Source: Pseudomonadota bacterium (GTDB taxonomy: Bacteria > Bdellovibrionota_B > Oligoflexia > Oligoflexales > JAPPIL01). Taken from it: a DNA stretch of 34,187 nucleotides. Positions 20,515 through 29,732 of this stretch are shown in pieces (within the stretch, counting starts at the first letter, position 1; each line of letters starts with the position of its first letter). The DNA is taken from positions 1-34,187 of the forward strand of contig JAPPIL010000235.1 in NCBI GenBank assembly GCA_028877195.1, in the 5' to 3' direction. The position numbers and the translations under genes were made by a program. Under the pieces are notes generated by a model. It saw only the letters and a list, made by a program, of their open reading frames with translations, had not been told where the DNA came from and made no database searches.

Positions 20515-21377
20515 AGATGGGGGTCAATGCGCTGTTACTGCTGCTGCTCTTTGTGTGCATGACGTTGCTGCTGGTCGTTGTGAATGTCTTGTTGCTGTTG
20601 AACCTCCTGTGTGTTGCGCCGTTTTCAGCGCACAGGTCTCGTGCTTGGGCTGCCGAGATCGCGACAGGTTGGTTGCGGGTGGGAAAGTTTTACATGGAGC
20701 ATGTGCTAAAGATCAGTTATCGCAGCCATGTTGATGCGAAGGTGCAGGAGAGGTTACAAGCGGTGCAAAAAGGCATTTTGATCGCCAATCATCAATCGAT
20801 GATCGATATTCTAGTTATGAATCAATTGGCGGCGCAATTCAGTCGTCAGCAGGAGCTGACTTGGCTCGCCAAGAACACTTTTAAGTATGTGCCCTTGCTC
20901 GGCTGGGGAGCATACTTGACGGGTTCAAACGTCTATCTCAAGCGCGACTGGGATCGTGATAAGAGCAAGCTACGGGAGTCATTTGACCAACTGCTTGTCT
21001 CGGAGCGTCCCTTTTGGCTGCTGTTTTGCCCAGAGGGAACGCGCCTAACCGCAAAAAGGCTGGCGGCATCACAGGCGTTCAACCGTCGCCAACAGCGTCC
21101 GCCGTTCAAAAGAATCTTATCCCCCCGCGCCAAAGGGTTCATTGCGGCGGTAACGGCATTGCGTCCGGTGGTCAGTGCGGTTATCGATGTTACGATCTGC
21201 TACTCGCATCGCCCGCCGCTGTTTGCACATATTCTGCGCGGCGAAAGGATCACCATCGACGTTCATGTCAAGGTCTTGCCGATAGACAGCTTGCCGACCG
21301 ATACGGAAGGGTTGCGAGATTGGCTGTTCGATCTCTTCAAGGCGAAGGATCAATTGCTCTCGGCATCATCACCCTAG
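20508..21377 (+). CDS. lysophospholipid (1-acyl-sn-glycerol-3-phosphate) acyltransferase, AGPAT/LCLAT-like
   Basis: HX4D motif NHQSMID, CPEGTR motif and SPRAKGF motif, with an N-terminal TM segment. ATG 20508 overlaps the hemE stop (ATGCTAA). The ORF track begins at 20487; ATG 20517 is also possible. Confidence 0.8.
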   Translation: MLKMGVNALLLLLLFVCMTLLLVVVNVLLLLNLLCVAPFSAHRSRAWAAEIATGWLRVGKFYMEHVLKISYRSHVDAKVQERLQAVQKGILIANHQSMIDILVMNQLAAQFSRQQELTWLAKNTFKYVPLLGWGAYLTGSNVYLKRDWDRDKSKLRESFDQLLVSERPFWLLFCPEGTRLTAKRLAASQAFNRRQQRPPFKRILSPRAKGFIAAVTALRPVVSAVIDVTICYSHRPPLFAHILRGERITIDVHVKVLPIDSLPTDTEGLRDWLFDLFKAKDQLLSASSP

Positions 21378-23350
21378 TGCGCTTTTCACTACAAGCTCCA
21401 TACTCACCCGCAGGCGACCAGCCGCAGGCGATCGCCGCGACCTTGCGGCATCTAGACGCAGGGCAAAAACATCAGGTAGTGCTTGGTGTTACTGGGTCGG
21501 GCAAAACATTTACCGTTGCCCAGATCATTGCCGCCCGTCAGCAGCCTGCCCTGATCATCGCCCCCAACAAAACCCTTGCGGCCCAGCTGTATATGGAGAT
21601 GAAGTCGCTGTTTCCTGCTAATCAGGTCGAATTTTTCATCAGCTACTATGACTACTATCAGCCTGAAGCATACGTAGTAAGCACTAACACTTACATTGAG
21701 AAGGAATCATCGATCAACGATGACATCGACAAAATGCGCCACCAAGCAACGCGAGCCTTGTTTGAGTGTCAGGATACGATAATCGTGGCGAGTGTCAGTT
21801 GTATTTATGGGCTTGGTTCGCCTGAAAATTATGCCAAGCTGGTCTGCTCGCTCGCGATTGGGCAGGAGATGGATCGCGATACTTTTCTTGGGCAGTTGGT
21901 CGATTTGCACTACAGTCGCAGCGACAAGGAGTTGGGGCGCGGCAACTTTCGAGTGCGTGGTGATCGTGTTGATGTTTTGCCAGCGCACCATGATCGTGAG
22001 GCGGTGCGGGTGGACTTTGGGCAGCAGCAGATCGTCGCACTGGCGTTGATCGATGTCATCAGTGGTAAAGAGCTGCGTCAGGTCGAAAGCCTTTCTCTTT
22101 ATCCCAATAGCCACTACTTGACGGAGCGGCAAAACATGCCGACCATCGTGCAGGAGATTTTGCGCGATCTCGGTGTGCGCTTGCGGGAGTTTAGGGCGCA
22201 GGGCAAAGAGTTAGAGTATCAACGCCTTGAGCAACGCACGCTGCGAGATGTTGAAGCTTTGGAGCAGTTGGGCTTTTGCCCAGGTATCGAAAACTACGCT
22301 CGTTATTTGAATGGGTTAGCAGTAGGCGAGCCGCCACCGACGCTGCTTGACTACTTTCCGCAAAAATTTTTGACGATTATCGATGAAAGTCATATCACCG
22401 CGCCACAAATCCGCGGCATGTATCACGGTGATCGCAGTCGCAAGCAGGTGTTGGTTGAGCATGGGTTTCGCTTGCCTGCCGCTCTCGACAATCGCCCGTT
22501 GAATTTTGATGAATTTTTAGCGAAAAGCGACCAAATTCTTTATATTTCTGCCACCCCTGGCACGTACGAACTGACGATGGCTGCCGAGCGTTATGCGGAG
22601 ATTATCATTCGCCCGACTGGGTTGGTCGATCCTGTTATCGAGGTGCGGTCTGCGACCGATCAGGTGGCGGACTTTGGTCGCCAAGCCCAAGTGGTAATTA
22701 AACGTGGCGGGCGAGCATTGGTAACGACTTTGACGAAACGGATGGCGGAGGACTTGAGCATGCATTATCGCCAAGAGATGCGGGTGCGCTATCTCCATGC
22801 GGATATCGACAGTTTAGAACGGGCGGCTCTTTTGCGCGATTTGCGCAAGGGGGAGTATGATGTGTTGGTTGGGATAAATCTGTTGCGGGAGGGTTTAGAC
22901 TTGCCAGAAGTCGAGTTGGTAGCGGTGCTTGATGCTGATAAGGAAGGGTTTTTGCGTTCCAAGACTTCGCTGACCCAGATCGTTGGGCGTGCTGCTCGCA
23001 ATGTTTCAGCGCGGGTGATTTTTTATGCTGACCGTATTACCGACTCAATCGCTGCCTGCCAACGGGAAACCGAGCGCCGCCGTGAGCGGCAACTGGCATT
23101 TAACCGTCAACATGGGATTGTGCCCCAGACCGTGCAGAAGGAGTTGCCGCGTGATTTGCGTGAAATCTTTGGTTTGCAGCAAAAATCACGTCTAGCGATC
23201 GCCAGCAGTGAGGTGGATAAGGCGATTGTGAAAAAAAACAAAGCGATGCAGAAGGCAGCGGCGATGCTTGATTTTGAACGGGCGGCACAGTTACGCGACG
23301 AGATCAAAGTATTGAAGCAAGCGCTGCTGGAAGTAGATAGTGGTAGCTAA
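21377..23350 (+). CDS. uvrB: excinuclease ABC subunit B
   Basis: Family N-terminus F.L.APYSPAGDQPQAIA, Walker A GVTGSGKTF, DESH box IIDESHIT, C-terminal UVR motif FERAAQLRDEIKVLK. The ORF-track start (21014) lies inside the acyltransferase gene. An in-frame GTG at 21377 shares one base with that gene's TAG stop and gives a 657-aa protein. Confidence 0.92.
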   Translation: MRFSLQAPYSPAGDQPQAIAATLRHLDAGQKHQVVLGVTGSGKTFTVAQIIAARQQPALIIAPNKTLAAQLYMEMKSLFPANQVEFFISYYDYYQPEAYVVSTNTYIEKESSINDDIDKMRHQATRALFECQDTIIVASVSCIYGLGSPENYAKLVCSLAIGQEMDRDTFLGQLVDLHYSRSDKELGRGNFRVRGDRVDVLPAHHDREAVRVDFGQQQIVALALIDVISGKELRQVESLSLYPNSHYLTERQNMPTIVQEILRDLGVRLREFRAQGKELEYQRLEQRTLRDVEALEQLGFCPGIENYARYLNGLAVGEPPPTLLDYFPQKFLTIIDESHITAPQIRGMYHGDRSRKQVLVEHGFRLPAALDNRPLNFDEFLAKSDQILYISATPGTYELTMAAERYAEIIIRPTGLVDPVIEVRSATDQVADFGRQAQVVIKRGGRALVTTLTKRMAEDLSMHYRQEMRVRYLHADIDSLERAALLRDLRKGEYDVLVGINLLREGLDLPEVELVAVLDADKEGFLRSKTSLTQIVGRAARNVSARVIFYADRITDSIAACQRETERRRERQLAFNRQHGIVPQTVQKELPRDLREIFGLQQKSRLAIASSEVDKAIVKKNKAMQKAAAMLDFERAAQLRDEIKVLKQALLEVDSGS

Positions 23351-25049
23351 ACTTACCGACAAGTGGCGGACAATGCCTGTTGATAGTGGCATCTACCTGC
23401 TGAAAGACGATGCCCAGCGGGTGATTTATGTTGGCAAGGCAAAGAATTTACGCGCCCGCTTGCGGAGCTATTTTAGCAACCGCAGCAAGCAGTCTACAGA
23501 CGTTAAGTTGCAGGCATTGATTGCTGCATGTCAGGATTTTGAGGTAATCGTTACCAGCAACGAGGTTGAGGCTTTGCTGCTAGAGCGCACTTGGATCAGA
23601 CAACAAAAGCCAAAGTATAATGTCCTGTTGCGCGACGACAAGGAGTATCCGTATTTACGTATCGATTGGCAAGAAACATGGCCGCGTCTAGAGAAGGTGC
23701 GCCGCCAAAAGCAAGATGGTGCGCAGTATTTTGGCCCCTATGGTCGGCATTTGAATCTGCTGTCAGCCTTACTGCATCGGATGTTTCCTTTGATCCGCTG
23801 CACACGCAAGCAGTTTAAACTTATGCAGCGCCCATGCAACTATTATCAAATGCGAATGTGTCTTGCTCCTTGTGTGTATGCTGTGCCCAAGCAAAAGTAT
23901 TTGAAGATGCTAAAGCGGGCAGTGGCTGTGATTGAGGGCAACACCAAGATGGTCAAGAGCAGTTTGCAGCGGGCGATGCGGGCGGCATCTGGCCGTCAAG
24001 AGTATGAGGAAGCGGCTTCTTATCGCGATCAACTTAAGGCTTTGGAGCAGACCCAGCAGCGTCAGATAGCCGTATTGACGACCAAGTTAAACGCCGATGT
24101 CTTTGGTTTGGCACTCAAGGACAAGCAGGCGCTGGTCTATCTATTGATGGTGCGAGATGGTTGCATATCGGCGCAAGACCACTTTGTACTTTCCTGTTTA
24201 CTTGGTGATGAGCAGCAAGTGTTGAGCCAATTTTTGCTGCAATTCTATGAGCATCGCCAGCCGCCAGAGTTAATTCTCTTGCCGGCGGCAGTGGAAAAGG
24301 CGTTGCATACGGTAATCAGCGGGATACGCACAGTATCCGTGCGTGCCGACAGCACCACGCCGCGGGCGCAGGGTCGGGCTGGCAGCAACCATGAGCAGGA
24401 GTTGTTGGCATTGGCGCAAAAAAACGCCGAGCAGCAACTACAACTACAGTATCGCGATATCAACACCGAGCTGCGTGCGGTGCAGGACTTGTTGAAACTG
24501 AAAAAATTACCGCGCACGATAGAATGTGTAGATATTTCCAATTTACAAGGCACGGCAATCGTAGCGGCTATCGTCTGTTTTGTCGATGGTGTGCCCGCCA
24601 AGAGTCGTTATCGGCGCTATAAGATCGGTGGCGACAAGCCTGATGATTATGCCAGCATCAGGTCGGTCGTGCAGCGTCGTTGGCGGCGTGCGTTGCGCAA
24701 TCATGATGCTCCGGACTTGCTGTTGATCGATGGTGGTAAGGGGCAGCTGCAAGCGGCACGCAGTGCTGTCGGTGCGCAGGCTGATCTAGTTATTGCGAGC
24801 ATAGCAAAAAGTAGAAGCCGTCAGACCAGCAGCCGTGCGGTAGCAAGCGGTGAGCGTCTTTACCTTGCAGGTGAAGATGCGCCGATCGCGTTGCCGATGA
24901 GTTCGCACGCGTTTAGGATCATCGTGCAACTGCGTGATGAGGCGCATCGCTTCGCACTGTTGTATCACAGGTCTTTACGCGGGAACGAGTTGCTGCGAGG
25001 GCATACCCGCAGCAGTGCTGCGAGCAAACCAGCGAACGAAGAAAGTTAA
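23340..25049 (+). CDS. uvrC: excinuclease ABC subunit C lacking the C-terminal (HhH)2 domain
   Basis: GIY-YIG motifs GIYLLKD...VIYVGKAKNLRARLRSYF. Cys cluster CTRKQF..RPCNYYQMRMCLAPC. UVR motif YEEAASYRDQLKALE. Endonuclease region IECVDISNLQG...LLLIDGGKGQL...DEAHRFAL. GTG 23340 overlaps uvrB by 11 nt; ATG 23373 is an alternative start. Confidence 0.9.
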   Translation: MVAKLTDKWRTMPVDSGIYLLKDDAQRVIYVGKAKNLRARLRSYFSNRSKQSTDVKLQALIAACQDFEVIVTSNEVEALLLERTWIRQQKPKYNVLLRDDKEYPYLRIDWQETWPRLEKVRRQKQDGAQYFGPYGRHLNLLSALLHRMFPLIRCTRKQFKLMQRPCNYYQMRMCLAPCVYAVPKQKYLKMLKRAVAVIEGNTKMVKSSLQRAMRAASGRQEYEEAASYRDQLKALEQTQQRQIAVLTTKLNADVFGLALKDKQALVYLLMVRDGCISAQDHFVLSCLLGDEQQVLSQFLLQFYEHRQPPELILLPAAVEKALHTVISGIRTVSVRADSTTPRAQGRAGSNHEQELLALAQKNAEQQLQLQYRDINTELRAVQDLLKLKKLPRTIECVDISNLQGTAIVAAIVCFVDGVPAKSRYRRYKIGGDKPDDYASIRSVVQRRWRRALRNHDAPDLLLIDGGKGQLQAARSAVGAQADLVIASIAKSRSRQTSSRAVASGERLYLAGEDAPIALPMSSHAFRIIVQLRDEAHRFALLYHRSLRGNELLRGHTRSSAASKPANEES

Positions 25050-25050
25050 T

Positions 25051-26970
25051 TTAAAAATTAACAGCGCGATCAAACCCAAGCGAGGCGGTATACACCGTGT
25101 TACCATCAGGGTCGCGGAAGACGGCGCTGCCGTTTAAAATTTCCAATGCCTCGTCGTAGAGGTTGGCATAGAGTTGTGCATCAAGTGTTAAGCCTCGAAA
25201 TTCATCAGCGCTGATGTTGCAGAACGAAGCACGGTCAGCGGTGCGGTCAAGTCCGCCGCGACTCAAGCTCTGTAAACCAAACAGGGTTGGATCAGCAAGG
25301 TTGAAGTGCATATCGAGGCGACCTTCGATCTCATCATAATAAATAGAGAAAATAGATGTATCTTGTATGACCCCTTCAGGGAGGTCAGTGCAGGCAACGG
25401 ATTCGGCATTTAGGCGATCAAAGCAGGCGGCGTATCTGACATCTACGGTCTCGGTGAGTAGAATGCTGACCTGCAGCAACTCTTTGCTCTTATTAATCGC
25501 AAGTTGTGCCTGTGAGTAAAGTGCCCTTGCTATCCCATCAGCTGATACGGCATTGGCGGTGGCATTGACCGCTTCACTGTAGAGGGTGAGTGCTTCGATC
25601 TCACGCTTGGCAATGGTTTCAGCCCAGGTCTTGATGTCCTGCACCAATTTCGCGGCGGTCGTTCGCAGGGCTTTGATGGTTTCTAGCTGTTCTTCACTAG
25701 GAGTTAGCTCGTCGCGCAATCCTTCAACAAGGTCGAATAGTCGTTGCAAGGCGCAGGCATAGCTGCTGCGGTTAGCAGCCGACAGATTGCTTTGGTCATC
25801 GTTATCGCAAGCCAAGAGGTCAATATAAGTGAAGGGAGGGGTAGGTTCGTTGAACCAGTAATCGCTGATGCTTGTGTTATGTAAGCGTTGTGCCAGTAAC
25901 TGCATGATCGCAACAATGCGTTGGCGCTGTGCAGTTATTTCAGGGGTGGCAGCAGGACTGGGAAATAGCAATTGGTCGGTTGGCAGCGTGGCCGGACTAT
26001 CTAACTGGTGCTTCGATTCGATCGCTTCGACCAGCCTGATTACTTTAAGCATGCCCTTTTGTGGCTTGACCGTGATACTGCTCGCACCGAAACCGATACG
26101 TCCAAAGCGCTGATAGAACCGCAGATAGCGTCCCTTACTAGAGTCTTGGTGGGTTGCCAATATGAGGTCAGCAAACTCCGCTGGTTTTTCAGCGATGAAT
26201 GTCTTCAACGCCGTGAGTGTGTCCGATTCAGGGTAGTATTTGGCAAAGGTGGGGGTTGCCATCAGCGTTTGCCAGACACACTGTATGCGTGAACCAGTCT
26301 CCTGCCCTGCGGTTTCTGGGCAGGCTGGCATTAGCTGGCGGTAGTAGTTTTCACACACGATATGCGGTGTGGGTTGTGTTTTATATGACCGTTGGAGCAA
26401 TTCAGGGTTGACCGCATACTCAAATATCTTGCCATCACAATAGGTGTTGAGCAAGTTCTCGCTAGCAGTGCGATCCCAATCGGTATCGAGAGTTGCTAGG
26501 GCATCGAATTCAGCTGCGATAAGGTTGACGGCGATGTCGCGCCGCTTCGCCATCAGTTTTTGCCAAGCGTCGGGGTTTGCGTCTTTGGCAGTAGTGTAGG
26601 CGGCAGTGAGGAGGTTGAGGAGTTTGGTCTGCTGTTCTTGGCGCTGCTGTTCCTTCGCATCTAATTCAGTGCGAGCATTGCGCAGCCAAAGCCCTTCACG
26701 CTCAAAAGACACGACTTGCGAGCGTTTAGCTGCCGAGAGTTGCGAAATCTGCACCAGATCATCTATCGCGATCGTATCGTCCCAGATCAGCAGTGAACCT
26801 GTCATCTCTAGGGTGCCCTCCTCGTGCATGTGAAACGCGTCGCTGCTCGCAGTCCAAGGTGGCAAAGACAGGTTGCTCACTATCTCTTGACGCTCAAGTT
26901 TTGGGACGCTATTCACACAAGCCGTCAATAAGGCGGTCATCAAGAACAGCATAGTCGCAGATCTGATCAT
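25051..26970 (-). CDS. hypothetical large lipoprotein
   Basis: 639 aa. Lipobox in MIRSATMLFLMTALLTACVNS. Mostly helical and acidic, several Cys. No family or catalytic motif recognised. Confidence 0.6.
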   Translation of the reverse strand: MIRSATMLFLMTALLTACVNSVPKLERQEIVSNLSLPPWTASSDAFHMHEEGTLEMTGSLLIWDDTIAIDDLVQISQLSAAKRSQVVSFEREGLWLRNARTELDAKEQQRQEQQTKLLNLLTAAYTTAKDANPDAWQKLMAKRRDIAVNLIAAEFDALATLDTDWDRTASENLLNTYCDGKIFEYAVNPELLQRSYKTQPTPHIVCENYYRQLMPACPETAGQETGSRIQCVWQTLMATPTFAKYYPESDTLTALKTFIAEKPAEFADLILATHQDSSKGRYLRFYQRFGRIGFGASSITVKPQKGMLKVIRLVEAIESKHQLDSPATLPTDQLLFPSPAATPEITAQRQRIVAIMQLLAQRLHNTSISDYWFNEPTPPFTYIDLLACDNDDQSNLSAANRSSYACALQRLFDLVEGLRDELTPSEEQLETIKALRTTAAKLVQDIKTWAETIAKREIEALTLYSEAVNATANAVSADGIARALYSQAQLAINKSKELLQVSILLTETVDVRYAACFDRLNAESVACTDLPEGVIQDTSIFSIYYDEIEGRLDMHFNLADPTLFGLQSLSRGGLDRTADRASFCNISADEFRGLTLDAQLYANLYDEALEILNGSAVFRDPDGNTVYTASLGFDRAVNF

Positions 26971-27035
26971 AATTACCCTCTCTATCTTTGGTTTTTGTCT
27001 TTAGTTCTTCTTGCGCAAGACTGGCTACTAAACTA

Positions 27036-28286
27036 CTAAAAGTAAAGGTTCACATCTAAAGTTAGCATTTTCGTGTTTGGAACGTTGCGGTTTGCAACTA
27101 GTGCCTCGACAAGTTGTTGATACTGTAATCCAACGCTAAAGGGAACAGGCATCTCTTTGCGCCTGAATGCAGGAACACTGCTGTATCCCATTTTCACCTC
27201 AATGCTGCTGGACTGGAGGTTGCTATCTTTTGCCAATTCTAGCGCAGCCTCTTCGCTGGGAGCGTCGTAACGGTCAGCGCCTTTGCGAGCATAGATGTAG
27301 CCGAGACCAAGTTCAATGCCGAGATCATGTGCAAACTGCACCGACAGACCAGCATCAAGCTTGTTGCCGAGTTTGTAGGCAATGCTGCGGCGTTCAACAG
27401 CAAGACTTTCGTCAGCGGTCTTCATGCGTAAGACGCGGCGGGCAGGCGCTTGATAAGTTAACTTTGCATATTGATTGAGCGTAATGCCCATACCGAGTTG
27501 TTGGTCGCACATCAAGCCTGAAAAAAAATCCCAACTGCCATCGCCAAAAGAGATGTCAGTTAGAATATCGGGACTATCGACTAGACCTGTTGGTGCTACA
27601 AAACCAGATAGATTCGCAAGGTGAACGCGGCTGCCATCTTCGCCGTAAAGTTTGCTTTTGACCGCGAACTGCATGTCGCCGAGGCCATGCTTCTCCCAAG
27701 CACCAAGTTCTTCATAACCGTTGTCGCGCAGTTTGGCTTCGAGTCCAGCTACGCCGTTGGAAAAATTTTCGTAAGCTTCACGAGCAGAGGCAACCTTGTT
27801 GTATTTAGGGTCGGCGAGAAGATTGATGAAATGTTGAGCATTATCGTCGTTTGCCCGATAACCAACCTGCGTCTCGGTGCGAGCTGAGTAGTAGGGCATC
27901 GCTACTGCTATGGTGATGCGAGGTGTTAAGCCATAGGCAATGACAGGAGCGTAGACCCGCACCCGACCGCGCAAATCGGCAGTCAGTTCGCCTAGTTCTT
28001 GATCGGTAGGCAAACCATTCTCGCGCAGGAAGGCGCGCAGCAGCGTGTCATCCAACCCTTGCTTGGTTTTTAAGACATCCTCAAAAGTAATCTTCTTTTG
28101 TAACGGGGCGGCGAGGGGAACGACATTGCTGTTGGCATCGTATTCCGTGCCAAGATCCAGCTGAACGGTTTTGATGTTAACGCGGCGCACACCCTTGGGC
28201 AGTACTTGTGCGTTTTCCAAAGCCTGCAGTGGCAGTGCAATCAGTGTTGCGAACATGACAATGGCAAGCAAAAACAGGCGGTTCAT
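27036..28286 (-). CDS. outer-membrane beta-barrel protein (possibly transporter-type OMP)
   Basis: 416 aa. Signal peptide ending LQALE. Alternating amphipathic beta-strand pattern. C-terminal LTLDVNLYF with terminal Phe, typical of BAM-dependent OMPs. An LPKG motif right after the signal peptide resembles the MetA-pathway/transporter OMP family (weak). Confidence 0.7.
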   Translation of the reverse strand: MNRLFLLAIVMFATLIALPLQALENAQVLPKGVRRVNIKTVQLDLGTEYDANSNVVPLAAPLQKKITFEDVLKTKQGLDDTLLRAFLRENGLPTDQELGELTADLRGRVRVYAPVIAYGLTPRITIAVAMPYYSARTETQVGYRANDDNAQHFINLLADPKYNKVASAREAYENFSNGVAGLEAKLRDNGYEELGAWEKHGLGDMQFAVKSKLYGEDGSRVHLANLSGFVAPTGLVDSPDILTDISFGDGSWDFFSGLMCDQQLGMGITLNQYAKLTYQAPARRVLRMKTADESLAVERRSIAYKLGNKLDAGLSVQFAHDLGIELGLGYIYARKGADRYDAPSEEAALELAKDSNLQSSSIEVKMGYSSVPAFRRKEMPVPFSVGLQYQQLVEALVANRNVPNTKMLTLDVNLYF

Positions 28287-28311
28287 CGTAATCCCTCGCT
28301 TTGATGGTTAG

Positions 28312-29184
28312 TTATTGGTTGTCTTGTGTATATTGTTTGAGCAAGTTTTTGGTGCGATCAACGTAGATCAGTGTTTCAGGCTCACGCCCTTCAAACAAAG
28401 CATCCATCTCGATCAACTCTTCGTATTCAGCAATCGTGTCTTCGAGCAGGGTGATGGCATCGTCTTTGCGATCGTTTTCCCACAACGAGATCGCTTGAAA
28501 ATAGTAGTTCTCCAGCATGTCTGCGCCGCTAATCGGATAGGGATAAGCGCGATCTTCGATTTCCTCTGACTTCAGGGCACGATCGATCAAGTCGGCTGCT
28601 TCTTTAGGTCGATAGAGACCGAGCGGTTTTGCTTTCTGGTTTAAATAAACCGCAGCGACCATGCGCAGAATGCCGCCACCTTCCAGACGGGTGTCAAGCT
28701 TCATCCCCTCATCTATCGCTGATTTGAGGGTCGGTATACGGATCAATGCTTGCAGAGGGTTTGCTGACTTGCCCCAGAGAGCAAGGCAGGTGATTTTAAA
28801 GTAGTAGTATTCTGGTGTCTTGCGTCCGAACTTGCCTGGTTCAATGTATTTCTTAAGGGTGTCGAGGCAGTTGTCAAACGTGCGCATCCGCTGTTTTGAT
28901 GCGTCCATCGGCAACACCATATCGCCTAGATAGGCGTAGAGCCGCGAGATCTGTGCAACGGCATAAAGCAGGTCATCATCGCTTAATTGGTCAAGTGCCT
29001 CACGATACAAGGAGAGTGCCTTGCTGATAGCAGCGACACCATCTTCGCTGGTAGAGCGCAGAGCATATTGTGCGTCCGCAGCCGAAAAATCATAAGCATC
29101 ACTGGAGCTGTCGTTTGCGCTTGCAGGGGCACTAGCGAGTAACATCAGAGAACTGGTAACGAGAAACATGAGTAGATTACGCAT
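28312..29184 (-). CDS. secreted all-helical (TPR-like) protein
   Basis: 290 aa. Signal peptide MRNLLMFLVTSSLMLLASAPASA. Helical repeats rich in Y/L/A/E. First gene of a three-gene minus-strand operon (gaps of 25 and 65 nt). Confidence 0.55.
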   Translation of the reverse strand: MRNLLMFLVTSSLMLLASAPASANDSSSDAYDFSAADAQYALRSTSEDGVAAISKALSLYREALDQLSDDDLLYAVAQISRLYAYLGDMVLPMDASKQRMRTFDNCLDTLKKYIEPGKFGRKTPEYYYFKITCLALWGKSANPLQALIRIPTLKSAIDEGMKLDTRLEGGGILRMVAAVYLNQKAKPLGLYRPKEAADLIDRALKSEEIEDRAYPYPISGADMLENYYFQAISLWENDRKDDAITLLEDTIAEYEELIEMDALFEGREPETLIYVDRTKNLLKQYTQDNQ

Positions 29185-29672
29185 TCAAAAATCTCCTAAC
29201 TTCAAAACCTAACAGCCTGTCCTTTCTACAGTCTACTTCCTACTTTCGCAGTTTGCATGGCTTGATAGACCAGTCATTAGCCTACATCAGCCAGCGTGGT
29301 GTCAGGGCAGCCTTCACTAATGCGCCCAAACAGCCAGCGACCAAGGCACGGCGGACTGTAAAAAAAACAAAAACAAATAGCAATCGTCAAAACCATTTTG
29401 ACAATTCCTCACAACAAAAAAATGTTGGATAGGTTGACCAAGGGTGTGCGTAGGGAGTTGGAAGAAATTCCAAAGATCCGCTGCCTCAATCACGTAGGTC
29501 GAGTAACTGTTCCAACTTTACCAGTATGGGACAAGTATGCTACAAGCGTCAATTAGTATTTATCAAGTTACTTCAAATGGTTGGGTGCTGCACGGTGGTA
29601 GCTAGCAGGATGGTCAAGGCGATGCAAGGACAGTTGTAATGAGACGACAACACGTGTGTTGGTGGTGGCCAC

Positions 29673-29720
29673 GATGGACAACAGGATGGACAACAGTATA
29701 GACAACAGGATGGGCAAAAA
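29673..29720. repeat. 12-bp tandem repeat, four units (GATGGACAACAG x2, TATAGACAACAG, GATGGGCAAAAA)
   Basis: Read directly. It lies in a ~550-bp region with no convincing ORF, 13 nt upstream of the 29733 ORF. Confidence 0.85.
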
Positions 29721-29732
29721 TGAAGGATACCA

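Noticed and set aside
21014-21376. 121-codon N-terminal extension of the uvrB ORF
   Set aside because: It lies entirely within the acyltransferase gene in another frame. It is Arg/Gly/Ala-rich with no UvrB similarity, and the UvrB family N-terminus begins exactly at the in-frame GTG at 21377.
29673-29720. The 12-bp tandem repeat as a possible CRISPR array or coding repeat
   Set aside because: The units are contiguous with no spacers and far too short for CRISPR. The only frame through them (DGQQDGQQYRQQDGQK) has no start codon and is closed by stops on both sides.
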